Shown here in pieces: positions 38,827 through 52,100 of a DNA stretch of 64,000 nucleotides. Under the pieces are notes generated by a model. The model searched no databases. It was not told where the DNA came from and saw only the letters and a program-made list of their open reading frames with translations. This DNA comes from Ophelia neglecta. Lineage: Eukaryota. The stretch is taken from the NCBI GenBank assembly GCA_965285935.1, contig OZ260661.1, positions 138,818,001 through 138,882,000 of the forward strand. The letters are read 5' to 3'. How positions within the stretch are numbered: the first letter of the stretch is position 1; each line of letters starts with the position of its first letter. A program made the position numbers and the translations under genes.

Positions 38827-41800
38827 TTGAGTTGTTCAAGTAGAATCACCCTGGTGTTGATCCTTGACATCTCCTGAACATTTCAGCAATTTCTCCTGAA
38901 CTTGTTTATATTTTATTGTGAAACTGGTGTCATGGACTTATGAATGGAAACTGAGTGTCGGTGTGGATATTTTGTGTGATTTTCACTAAGGATCATTTAA
39001 CACGGCTTTGTGAGGCTGAAATCGACACAATGTGTGTTGGAACCTATTCACTGACCCATGGAGGGCAGAAAATTCAATACAGCAGAGATCAGCTGTTGCT
39101 TGTAGGCAATAGAGTGGCTGGATCCAAATCATATGGTCTGAGGAAATCAGCGAAAACTGCTATTCGTGATGCCAAAATTAATTGCAGGACTGGTGGACGA
39201 AGACTGAGCCGGAGACGCCTAATCCCCACGATCAGCAATAGGACAGCAATAGGCTGTTATGATGATTTTATTCTGGGATTCGGTGACTGCAGAGTGCTAT
39301 GTCAGGCCCAGTCTGGCCACAATGAAAGAAACCTCGTATATGTCCCCATCATTCAACCCATACCCACCATTGTGAGCATTAGACCTTGTCAGCAAGAGGA
39401 GTTGTCCAGCCCCTATTTAATTCACTTCCCCAACCTGAAGCAGATTAAGTGTGATTCGAATCTTAAGCACACTGATGATGACTCTTGTGTAAACTCTCCA
39501 GACAAACAAAATATATCATTGTGTCTGATGAATGCAAGATCTGTTAGAAACAAAAGTACATTGATAAATGACCATATAACATCGAACAGTCTGGATGTGG
39601 TGGCTATTACAGAAAATTGGTTGAAGGCAGGAGATTCTGACAATTCAGTTATTGGTGATCTTGTCCCTGTGGGATATGTATTAAAACACATTCCTAGAGC
39701 CAATGGCTATGGCGGTGTAGGCTTGATACTGAGAGACAACATTGAGTGTGACATTATCCAAAAACATAAACCAAAGACTTTTGAGGTTATGGAGGTATTG
39801 TTGAGGGTGGAATTACCTACATATGTCTTTGTGATATATAGACCACCCCCATCTCGTAGGAATGGGCTGACTGTGAATGAATTTCTTTGTGAATTTGGTT
39901 GTTTTATTGAGGAGAAGGTACTTTGTCCAGGGAAAATCGTTATCTTGGGTGACTTTAACTTTCATGTTGATGACAAAAATGATGCTTATGCAAGCCGATT
40001 TTTAGACTTGCTTGATTCTTGTGACTTGCAACAACATGTTACACAACCATCCCATTCGAATGGTCATACTTTAGATTTGATTATTACCAGAAAGTTTGAT
40101 AATGTTATAGGTGATGTAAACATTGCATGCCCATTGTCTGATCATTATGCTATTCATATGTACCTTACTAATTGCTCCAAACCAAGGCCTAAACGCAGGG
40201 AGGTTAAATTCAGGAAATTAAAAGCTCTGGATTTGCAGGGTTTTAGGAATGATATACAGATCAAATTTAGTGACTCTGTTTTTAACTCAGGTATGGATAT
40301 TGGCACTCTGGCTGCTGGGTATGACCTGGTAATTGGTTCCACACTTGATAAACATGCCCCAGTACAGTAACAAAGATAGTAACAGTAAAGCCAGATACAC
40401 CATGGCACAACGAAACCATCGGTGAAGCTAGGCGCAATAAGCGCAGGTGTGAGCGCACATGGAGGAGAACAAAACTCACTGTACATAAGGAGATATGTAG
40501 GGTCCAGGCTAATAAGCTGACGGCTATGATTGAGTCAGCTAAATCAGAGTATTTTGTAGATAAAATACAATCCAACCCTGGGGATCAAAAAGCCTTGTTT
40601 AAAATTCTTAATGGACTGTTGCATCGTGACAAGGAGACTCCTCTGCGTTCTCACCGGTCTGCTAAGGATTTGGCTGACCGCTTTGTACGGTTTTTCTCTG
40701 ACAAAATTGAGAGAATTCAGTCCAAGCTTCAGCAGGTACGTGTAAACATGGGTCATCTCAACATGAACCATCCGCACATATTTTCAATGGTTCTAAGATG
40801 GATGTTTTCTCTCCAGCTAGTGTAGGGGAAATTAGGAAAATTATTATGAAATCTCCAGCGAAGTCATGTGAACTGGCCCCCTTCCAACTTGGTTACTGAA
40901 GGATATGATTGATGGTGTCCTTCCGGTTATTACCACAATTGTAAACAAATCACTTAGCACAGAAATTGTTCCACATTTGCTGAAGAAGGCAGTTGTCAGG
41001 CCATTGCTTAAGAAAGCTGGTTTGAATAGGGAAAACCTAGGCAACTTCAGACCAGTCTCAAACCTCACATTCTTGTCCAAGATAGTGGAAAGAGTGGTTG
41101 CTGCTCGGTTAATTAACCATATGGCAGACAATGATTTGCATGAATATTACCAATCGGCATACAAACAGAAACATAGTGTTGAAACAGCTCTCTTGAAGGT
41201 TCAGGATGACATCCTAGGGGCACTTGATCAGCGCTCTGGGGTTTTTTTTGGTCCTGCTTGATTTATCGGCAGCCTTTGATACAGTCGAACATTCAGTTCT
41301 GTTAGGCCGCCTGCAACGGAGGCTTGGTATCACCGGCACTGCACTCGAGTGGTTTCACTCTTACTTATCTGATAGATTTCAGTGTGTCACAATTAACAGT
41401 CATTCATCAAACCCCAGCCCTTTGTCTTGCGGTGTGCCACAGGGTAGCGTCTTAGGTCCACTTCTGTTCTCGGTGTATACCTTGCCCCTTGGTGATATCT
41501 TAAGGAACCATCGCATGAACTATCATTTTTATGCCGATGATTCGCAACTGTATGCCTTTTTTAAGGCCCCAAATGAAATCTCTGTAAGAGATGACTTGGA
41601 GAAGTGCATTGCTGATGTGCGCCATTGGATGGCAGAGAGCTTCTTGAAGCTTAATGATGAGAAAACTGAGTTTTTAGTGTTAAAATCTAGGTTCGAGTCA
41701 GACCTGAACTCTGTGGCGGAAGTAAAGATTGGTCAATCCTTAATAGAGTCTTCTCCGTCAGCACATAATATTGGTGCAATTTTTCAAGCCAACGGATCAT

Positions 41801-42600
41801 TGGAAATTCAGATTAACCGGGCATGTAAATCAGCTTTTCAGCATCTGAAAAATGTATCCAGAATCAAGAAGTATCTCACTAAGGATGCCCTTTTGACTAT
41901 TACACATGCCTTTATAACTTCAAGAATAGACAATTTGAATTCGCTCTATGTAGGGCTGCCTGATGTACTTGTGGAGAAATTGCAGCGGGTGCAGAACTCA
42001 GCTGCTCGTATGTTGACAAATTCTTCATACAGTTGCCATGTCACCCCACTCCTGGCCAAACTACATTGGTTACCTGTAATTTTAAAGTATGTCTTCTTGT
42101 TTTTTTAAATGTCTGCATGATCTGGCCCCCATATATCTCAAGGATCTCATTTTTCCGTATGTGCCAAACCGATCTTTCAGATCTGAGGGCCAACATTTAT
42201 TGGTAGTGCCAAAATATAAAACGTCCACATATGGCCAGAGACGTTTCTCAGTTGCTGCCCCAAAATTATGGAACAGTCTACCTGCAGAAATAAGGTGCTG
42301 TAACACATAAGATTCTTTTAAGAGGGCACTCAAAACACATTTTTTTAGAATTGCATTCCCATAATTTTTAAATTCAGTCTAATTTGTTTTAGTATAGTTT
42401 TTTATTGTGACTGATATTTCTTACCTGTCTTTTTTATTTTAACTATGGAGTTTGGATTTGTGTGTATTATAATGCTTATACTTTATTTCAACTATGTAGT
42501 TGGGTCTTATGTGTGATGGAAAATATTTTTATGTAAAGCGCTTTTGAACAGTTGACTCTGGAAAAAGCGCTATATAAATTGAATAAATAATAATAATAAT
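38827..42600 (+). mobile_element. L2-clade LINE (APE plus RT, frameshifted) inserted in Gypsy integrase, copy A
   Basis: NARSVRNK, ITENWL, IYRPP, GDFN, LDLI, SDH (APE); [32 protein letters not shown] (RT). L2-type tail TGTAAAGCGC..AAAAGCGCTATATAAAT with (AAT)n. Removing it restores PKQRK-TRLQKYLVGRPMERL. Confidence 0.93.
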
Positions 42601-42986
42601 AAAACGAGGCTTCAGAAATATCTGGTAGGTCGGCCTATGGAGAGGCTGGCTGTGGATATTTTGGGTCCTTTTCCGCAAAGTGACAAGGGCAACAAGTATG
42701 TTTTAGTGATAGGAGATTACTTCTCGAAATGGATGGAGGCATTTCCCATGCCTAATCAAGAGGCTACGACAGTGGCCGATATATTGGTTAAAGAAGTTTT
42801 GTGTCGATTTGGTCTGGCCCGTATTTTGCACAGCGACCAAGGCCGACAATTCGAGTCTGCCGTGTTTTTGCGGGTATGTGAGATATTGGGGATAGATAAG
42901 ACCCGTACCACAGCATATAGGCCCATGAGTGACGGTATGGTCGAAAGATTTAATCAGACTTTAGTGGGAATCTTGGCAAAAATCTG

Positions 42987-44647
42987 CACAGACTGGGCAT
43001 CTCCGGAAAACTCTGGCACCTAATAAGACACACTCGTTAATTCCACCATGTCTGTTATGGTGAATGGCGCTCTCTCGCCAGACTTCTCCATTTCCCGTAG
43101 CATAAAACAGGGAGGGATGCTATCCATGTTTCTGTACACAGTATCGTATTTTGACATCCACACATACGTGGGACAAACCGGTGATGGGTTAGTAGTGGAG
43201 GGTGTGGATGTTGGTTCTCCGACCCTAGCGGATGACACTGCCTTAATGTCTTCCACTGCATTTGGGCTACAACGTATGCTCGATGCAGCAGCCTCCTATT
43301 CAAGAAGGTGGCGCATGAGATTCTCCGCTACCAAGAGTAAAGTGATCGTCTTTGGAGAAACAAAATTGGCCAATTCTAAGAACAAAGGACTTCGACATTG
43401 GTACCTTAACTGTGAGGCGCTGAGTGAAACCACGAATGAAATACACGTCGGAGTTAAACTCTGCTCGTATTTATCCTCGTCAGAAAGGACTGCGGAAGCG
43501 TGCAAGAAAGCAAGACGACAGATGGCAGGGATGGCTGCGGCCGGCATCCGCCCGACGGGCCTCAACCCACTGACGTCCGCAGGACTGTGGGCCAAGATAT
43601 GTATCCCATCTTTCCTTCATGGAGCGGAGCTCTGGAATAATCTTACTATACAAGAAGTTTTAGAATTGGAGAGAACTCAAAAATATATCGCAAAACACAT
43701 CCAGGGGTTTCCAATCAGAATGCACGATGAAATATCAAGGGGCATGCTTGGCTGGCCATCATTGCAGAGTATCGTAGACACTAAGAAACTCATGTTTTTA
43801 TGTAAGCTTTGCCATATGCAAATATATCATCTGGCATATGATGTGTTTAACTTCAGATTACAATCATATCTAGAACGGTCTCATAGGAAAGCAACGGTTT
43901 CTGGGTTTTTGCCTGATATTGTCAATGTATGTGAAAGATATGATTTGCTGCAATACCTTGAGTCCTACTGTGTAAGTGGTATTTTCCCAAACAAATCGGA
44001 ATGGAAAAATATTGTAAGAACAAACATTTTTGATGTAGAAGTATATGAGTGGCAGTGTGCAATGGAAAACAAGCCAGGGTGTCTTGTGTATAGTTGTGCG
44101 TTTGGCGAAGACCTGAGCCCCGTGTTTTTATATCAGTTTGCTAGAAGAAATATTGAGCTACAGAATCGTGTAATAAATCTCCTCAAATTGTTTTTTCTAT
44201 ATAACATGGATTAAATTGTATATTGTGTATTATGTGCGTGTCTTATTGAGTGCCCGTTCAGTCATTTGTTTTGTGACCATGGGTGTCACGTATTATCTGA
44301 TGTGCGGGAATCATTTTGGCAGGATGTGTGTGATGAAATTAACGTGGATGACTTCGTAAAGCTAGATAGTATTAGTGACATTGAGCTGATCGTCACGTTA
44401 TTAGGGAGTAAATCTTTTATTACGTTGAATGATGATGACTTAAATGCTTTGCTGAGACTCGTATGTGTATGGTTTGGTACTTACGTTAAGAGTATGTATA
44501 ATTACGAATATGTGAATTAACTGCTTAAGACTCTGCATTGTGGGTGATGTGACTTATGTACATAGTTGAGTTTATATTTGTGACTGTCTAGTTTGTATTA
44601 TGCTCTCATTAAGTTGAGGAAAATAAAATAATCAATCAATCAATCAA
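42987..44647 (+). mobile_element. 5'-truncated LINE (RTE-X-like RT, ORFs 43048-44214 and 44266-44520)
   Basis: IKQGGMLS, PTLADD, KSK, HVGV RT motifs; AATAAA and (TCAA)n tail. Clade tentative. Confidence 0.87.
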
Positions 44648-45108
44648 TATTTTAGGAGTTTCTCGGGTTAGGGAGTCGTAGAGCGATAGATTGCTTGTTA
44701 TGCTCTTAGAGTAACTAACCATAAATGTGGAAATTGGATTCGAGATTAGTCGGGAAATTAAGAAAGCAATGTATAATGAAGGGGTGGTCGCAAAGCCAGC
44801 GCTGGGCCGGCTGGGATATTTGCTATGGGCTTAGGCTACGGTGGTCAGCAGAGTTTAATTGGTTGTATTGTGAATAATAGAATTGTATTATAGATAATAG
44901 AGCGCTGGTTAGGAATCGATATTGTCCTGTATAACTGTGGTCTAAGAAAAATAAAGATTCAGTCTAGGAGTAAAGATGTAGTCGACAAGTCAAGCCCTGT
45001 GTTCTGTTGTCACTAGTAGCGGTCCACTCGTTGCTACACCAAAATAGCCACGGGAGAACTCGTAACCAAATTTCAATTCTTTGTGGGCTAAACCAGGTGT
45101 TTACCACA
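44648..45108 (+). mobile_element. 3' part of an unrelated LTR
   Basis: Non-coding; contains AATAAA (~44950); ends TTACCACA exactly where Gypsy copy B begins; no match to the host LTRs. 5' end missing. Confidence 0.5.
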
Positions 45109-46191
45109 AGCTGGTGGCGTGAAGAGCCTGGCGGTGGCCGGGGCTTTGGTGCCGGTGGTAGGGGACCTCCCGGAGGAGCGGAAGGTCTCGAAGGGAGCTT
45201 TGTGTCTCCTTATATGACAAGTGGGTATCGTGTCCCTCCTTCGCCGAGGGCCAGGTATGAACGGGATGTGGTTCCCGCGCCAAAGTTTGATGGCACTGGT
45301 AGTTTTAAGGATTTTCTAATCCAGTTTGAATTGGCTGCCAATGCAAATGGCTGGGACGAGCGCTTGTGTTTGACTAAGCTGGCCGTCTCATTGAAGGGAA
45401 AGGCCTGCTCCATTTTGGGGGTGATGGGCCCCGAGCAGAGGTCTACTTATTTGGCGCTGAAACGCGCGTTGATAAACTTTTTCGAGCCGGAAAATCAGTG
45501 GGAGATCTACCGGGCTGAATTGAAAGGGCGCGTGAAAAGGCGAAATGAGTCTGTTACTGAGTTGGCCCATAATATTTTGCGGTTGAGACAAAAGGCTTAT
45601 CCCCGTGCTGATGTAACTATGCACAGTGAACTAGCAAGGGATAGCTTTGTGGACGCTTTGAATGATAATAATCTCGCTTGGGCGGTCTACTTGAGACGCC
45701 CCCGGGATATCGACGAGGCTGTACAACTCACGTTGGAGTATGAGGCCTTTTTGAAGGGTCGGTCCGGTGGACGGGCCGGGAACCTAAGGTACATTGGCGC
45801 CAGAGAAGGAGGTCCCGGTGGGACTCCTTGGCGAGGAACCGGTGACCAAGTTGGAGGCCCGGCGGAGGGCAGGCCACAGGGTAATGGTGCCCGGGGACGT
45901 GGTAACTTGTCTCGCCGGTGGGGTCGTCCGACAAATGGAAGGGCTGGTTCTGGTAGGGCTGCGAGTGATGGTTTTGGCCCAGGTAAAGCCGAGTGTTGGT
46001 ATTGTTCGTCGGACCAGCATTTGAAAAGAGACTGTGAGATCTTAAAAACTCATATGAAGGAGTTACATAATATACGAGCCAAAAGGGGCTCGAAGGGGTC
46101 GGACTCCGGTGAGGAGAATAAGGGCCCAAGTAAGGCAAAAAGTGATGCCGAAAGTAGAACTGCCGGTGCGGCTGCACAGGCGGGAAACTAA
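45109..46191 (+). pseudogene. gag: Gypsy gag, copy B (5'-truncated)
   Basis: Near-identical to 35012-36094 (offset 10097). Confidence 0.92.
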
Positions 46192-49100
46192 GGGCAGTCG
46201 AGGGCGAGGCCCGCCCGTCGGCTGATATCGGAGTACAGGTGTACCGAAGAGAGAGGGCTGAGCTCCCTGACTCGCAAACTGAGGTTCTCCGGGATCTATG
46301 TAATATTGAATCCAGTAGTATAGATGGTACAGCTATGGGCATGTGTACTGAGCCTTTTGTCAGAGGTTTGGGTGACCAAGAAGGCTTATATTTGAAAGCA
46401 GTGGTGAACCGAAGGGCTTCGGTAAACTGCTTGTTAGATACGGGGAGCACAGTCTCAGTGATGCATACTGCTGTGTATGAATCAATTTCTGATATGTATA
46501 GACCCGAGTTAAAAGCCAGTGTTTTGACACTGAGGATGGCCAATGGAGATGGCCTGGCTCCCTCGGGGGAGGCCGAATTTGACTTTGTATTTGAAGGAAA
46601 TATGGAAGTCAGACATCGTGTCATTGTAGCGGAAATTGGGGTGCCAATAATATTGGGCCTTGATTTTCTGAGTGGGCATGATTGTAAGATTGACCCGGCC
46701 AATAACATGATAGTATTGAGAGGTCGGCAGTTGTCTTGCGCTCAGGAGGCGCAAATCCCCGCTCTGTTCAGGTTGATTGCCAGCGAAACGGTGGCTATAC
46801 CGGGTGATAGCCAGGTGCTACTCCGGGCGAGAGTTGACCGCGCTGGGGTGTACAGAACAACGGTGAACAGGGTGACAAACAATTTGTAGGGAAGCACGGG
46901 ATAGCAGTAGCGAACGCTGTGGTGGACCCGTGTAGGGAGGATTTGGTGTTAAGAGTGTTAAACCCATCTCCGGTCCCGCGAACTGTGTGTAAAAACACTA
47001 AGGTAGCTATGGGGTTTCAGGAAAAGCCAGGAAGGGAAGTCTGCCTGGGTAAGGAGACTCCCGGCGGAGCGTCAGTAAGGACCCTTGGAACCCGGCGACG
47101 GATAGTGGTATTATACACTTTGGCCCGTTCCCTAAGTATTTGCAAATGATTCTAGATGAGTGTGTTCCGTTCATGAAAAACGAGCGAGAACACAGCGGTG
47201 TGCGTCAGTTGTTGTGGCGAAGGCAGGCGGCCTTTGCCGAGTCGCCAAGCGACTTGGGACGCACCCATCTGGCAGAGCATGTGATAGATACCGGAAATGA
47301 GCGTCCGGTGAAAAGCCGTCCTCACCGTATGGCCTTGGCCAAGCGGGAGTTGGAGGATAAGGCCGTGCACGACTTGGTAGACAAGGGGATATTAGTGGAG
47401 TCCCACTCGCCGTGGGCCTCGCCCATTGTCTTGATAGAAAAACCAAATGGAGATGTAAGGCTGTGTGCCGATCTCAGAAGGGTTAATGCCCGGACGGTAG
47501 CTGACTCCTACCCCCTGCCAAACATGCAGGATTGCTTAGACGCGCTTAGCGGAGCTAGGTACTTCTCGGTGATTGATTTGCTATCGGGCTTTTATCAAGT
47601 GCCGATGGCAAAGAAAGATGCCGAAAAAACGGAGATTTGCATTTCTAATGGCGGATTATGGGAATTTTCGGTCATGTGTTTTGGCCTAAAAAACGCCCCA
47701 TCGACTTTTGAAAGGATGATGGAGAAGGCTTTGAGCGGACTCCACTGGAAAACGTGTTTGGTGTACGTCTATGACGTCATCACGTTTGGTGGATCGTGGT
47801 TTGAACACTTGCAGCGCCTTGATGAGGTTCTGGGTCGCATTATTGAAGCGGGATTGAAAATATCCCCAGGGAAATGCTATTTGTTCAGGCCCCGTGTCCG
47901 TAAACGTAACTGAGGTGCGGTCGTTTGTGTCGAGGGTTTGCTGAAGAGGCCATAAATGCCTTGAAAGTGGCGTTAACCACCGCCCCAGTGTTGGGTTACC
48001 CGGTGCAGGGAGCCCAGTATGCACTAGATTGTGACGCCTCGGGGGTGGCCCTAGGGTCTGTATTGTCGCAAGAAATTGAAGGGCAGGAAGTTGTGCTTGC
48101 CTACCACAGTCGTGTCCTAAGCAAGCCAGAGCGCAATTACTGTGTAACACGGCGTGAGCTCTTGGCTATAGTTGATTCCGTGAAGCATTTTCACCACTAT
48201 TTGTATGGGGTCCGTTACACGGTTAGAACCGACCATGGAGCCCTTGTCTGGCTTCTTGGCTTTAAGAACCCAGAGGGCCAGCTTGCTAGATGGCTGGAGA
48301 GGCTCAGTCAGTATGTGTTTGACGTTAAATATCGCCCAGGGCCCAGGCATCGAAATGCCGACGGTCTGAGCCGCCGGCCCTGTTCGAAGGAAAAACCCGA
48401 CTGTGAATACTGCCTACGGCAGGAGACCCGTGGAGAGGTCGGGGAGGTCGAAACCCAAGGGGCTGACCGAGCGGTGGTTCGGCAGATAGCCCTAGTTGAG
48501 CCCTTCACAAAGGAAGTGGTGAAGGAAGCCCAGTCTGAAGATCCACTTTGAAACGGGTGATAGAGTGGATCTCAGCTGGGGAGAGACCAACGTGGATGAG
48601 CATTTCAGCCGAGGGCTATGCACTGAAAAGTTATTGGTCGCAATTTGACAGATAAGTCTTGAAAAACGAAGTGTTGTATCGTCAATGGGTGCATGACAGC
48701 AGCCAGTCTGATAAACTTCAGTTGGTATTGCCGTTTAAATTGTCAGAACAGGCTTTGATGAGCCTGCACGCAGATCTTACGGGAGGTCACCTGGGCGTGG
48801 CAAAGACAGTGTCAAAGGTACAGGCCCGGTTCTAATGGGCTGGCTATCAGAGGGATGTAGAGGCCTTTTGTCGAAAGTGCCAGGTTTGCCAGTCGCGTAA
48901 TCGGCTGCCAAAGCAGCGGAAAATTGAGTTGTTCAAGTAGAATCACCCTGGTGTTGATCCTTGACATCTCCTGAACATTTCAGCAATTTCTCCTGAACTT
49001 GTTTATATTTTATTGTGAAACTGGTGTCATGGACTTATGAATGGAAACTGAGTGTCGGTGTGGATATTTTGTGTGATTTGGGAGCATTTTCTTCTTGTAA

Positions 49101-52100
49101 ATTTGAAAAATTCTGGTGAAACTGTTTATGGATGGCATCTCTTGACAGCTTTTGAACAGCTCTGTCAGTCATGCTACCTGTGGGTCTTTTGCTAATGACA
49201 GCTATTAAAACTCAAAGTGACTGGCACCCTTTCGATGGGCTAAGTAGAGTTTTCACTAAGGATCATTTAACACGGCTTTGTGAGGCTGAAATCGACACAA
49301 TGTGTGTTGGAACCTATTCACTGACCCATGGAGGGCAGAAAATTCAATACAACAGAGATCAGCTGTTGCTTGTAGGCAATAGAGTGGCTGGATCCAAATC
49401 ATATGGTCTGAGGAAATCAGCGAAAACTGCTATTCGTGATGCCAAAATTAATTGCAGGACTGGTGGACGAAGACTGAGCCGGAGACGCCTAATCCCCACG
49501 ATCAGCAATAGGACAGCAATAGGCTGTTATGATGATTTTATTCTGGGATTCGGTGACTGCAGAGTGCTATGTCAGGCCCAGTCTGGCCACAATGAAAGAA
49601 ACCTCGTATATGTCCCCATCATTCAACCCATACCCACCATTGTGAGCATTAGACCTTGTCAGCAAGAGGAGTTGTCCAGCCCCTATTTAATTCACTTCCC
49701 CAACCTGAAGCAGATTAAGTGTGATTCGAATCTTAAGCACACTGATGATGACTCTTGTGTAAACTCTCCAGACAAACAAAATATATCATTGTGCCTGATG
49801 AATGCAAGATCTGTTAGAAACAAAAGTACATTGATAAATGACTATATAACATCGAACAGTCTGGATGTGGTGGCTATTACAGAAAATTGGTTGAAGGCAG
49901 GAGATTCTGACAATTCAGTTATTGGTGATCTTGTCCCTGTGGAAACATTCCTAGAGCCAATGGCTATGGCGGTGTAGGCTTGATACTGAGAGACAACATT
50001 GAGTGTGACATTATCCAAAAACATAAACCAAAGACTTTTGAGGTTATTGAGGTATTGTTGAGGGTGGAATTACCTACATATGTCTTTGTGATATATAGAC
50101 CACCCCCATCTCGTAGGAATGGGCTGACTGTGAATGAATTTCTTTGTGAATTTGGTTGTTTTATTGAGGAGAAGGTACTTTGTCCAGGGAAAATCGTTAT
50201 CTTGGGTGACTTTAACTTTCATGTTGATGACAAAAATGATGCTTATGCAAGCCGATTTTTAGACTTGCTTGATTCTTGTGACTTGCAACAACATGTTACA
50301 CAACCATCCCATTCGAATGGTCATACTTTAGATTTGATTATTACCAGAAAGTTTGATAATGTTATAGGTGATGTAAACATTGCATGCCCATTGTCTGATC
50401 ATTATGCTATTCATATGTACCTTACTAATTGCTCCAAACCAAGGCCTAAACGCAGGGAGGTTAAATTCAGGAAATTAAAAGCTCTGGATTTGCAGGGTTT
50501 TAGGAATGATATACAGATCAAATTTAGTGACTCTGTTTTTAACTCGGGTATGGATATTGGCACTCTGGCTGCTGGGTATGACCTGGCAATTGGTTCCACA
50601 CTTGATAAACATGCCCCAGTACAGTAACAAAGATAGTAACAGTAAGGCCAGATACACCATGGCACAACGAAACCATCGGTGAAGCTAGGCGCAATAAGCG
50701 CAGGTGTGAGCGCACATGGAGGAGAACAAAACTCACTGTACATAAGGAGATATGTAGGGTCCAGGCTAATAAGCTGACGGCTATGATTGAGTCAGCTAAA
50801 TCAGAGTATTTTGTAGATAAAATACAATCCAACCCTGGGGATCAAAAAGCCTTGTTTAAAATTCTTAATGGACTGTTGCATCGTGACAAGGAGACTCCTC
50901 TTCGTTCTCACCGGTCTGCTAAGGATTTGGCTGACCGCTTTGTACAGTTTTTCTCTGACAAAATTGAGAGAATTCAGTCCAAGCTTCAGCAGGTACGTGT
51001 AAACATGGGTCATCTCAACATGAACCATCCGCACATATTTTCAATGGTTCTAAGATGGATGTTTTCTCTCCAGCTAGTGTAGGGGAAATTAGGAAAATTA
51101 TTATGAAATCTCCAGCGAAGTCATGTGAACTGGCCCCCTTCCAACTTGGTTACTGAAGGATATGATTGATGGTGTCCTTCCGGTTATTACCACAATTGTA
51201 AACAAATCACTTAGCACAGGAATTGTTCCACATTTGCTGAAGAAGGCAGTTGTCAGGCCATTGCTTAAGAAAGCTGGTTTGAATAGGGAAAACCTAGGCA
51301 ACTTCAGACCAGTCTCAAACCTCACATTCTTGTCCAAGATAGTGGAAAGAGTGGTTGCTGCTCGGTTAATTAACCATATGGCAGACAATGATTTGCATGA
51401 ATATTACCAATCGGCATACAAACAGAAACATAGTGTTGAAACAGCTCTCTTGAAGGTTCAGGATGACATCCTAGGGGCACTTGATCAGCGCTCTGGGGTT
51501 TTTTTTGGTCCTGCTTGATTTATCGGCAGCCTTTGATACAGTCGAACATTCAGTTCTGTTAGGCCGCCTGCAACGGAGGCTTGGTATCACCGGCACTGCA
51601 CTCGAGTGGTTTCACTCTTACTTATCTGATAGATTTCAGTGTGTCACAATTAACAGTCATTCATCAAACCCCAGCCCTTTGTCTTGCGGTGTGCCACAGG
51701 GTAGCGTCTTAGGTCCACTTCTGTTCTCGGTGTATACCTTGCCCCTTGGTGATATCTTAAGGAACCATCGCATGAACTATCATTTTTATGCCGATGATTC
51801 GCAACTGTATGCCTTTTTTAAGGCCCCAAATGAAATCTCTGTAAGAGATGACTTGGAGAAGTGCATTGCTGATGTGCGCCATTGAATGGCAGAGAGCTTC
51901 TTGAAGCTTAATGATGAGAAAACTGAGTTTTTAGTGTTAAAATCTAGGTTCGAGTCAGACCTGAACTCTGTGGCGGAAGTAAAGATTGGTCAATCCTTAA
52001 TAGAGTCTTCTCCGTCAGCACGTAATATTGGTGCAATTTTTCAAGCCAACGGATCATTGGAAATTCAGATTAACCGGGCATGTAAATCAGCTTTTCAGCA

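Larger units (their letters stand above)
36085..42986 (+). pseudogene. pol: Gypsy pol, copy A (PR, RT, RNase H, integrase; disrupted and truncated)
   Basis: LLDTGS; SPWASP, LCADLR, DLLSGFYQV, FGLKNAP, YVYD (dead YxDD); CDASG..ELLAIV..TDH; HHCC; AVDILGP, HSDQG, ERFN. Frameshifts, deletions and an L2 insertion. Confidence 0.93.
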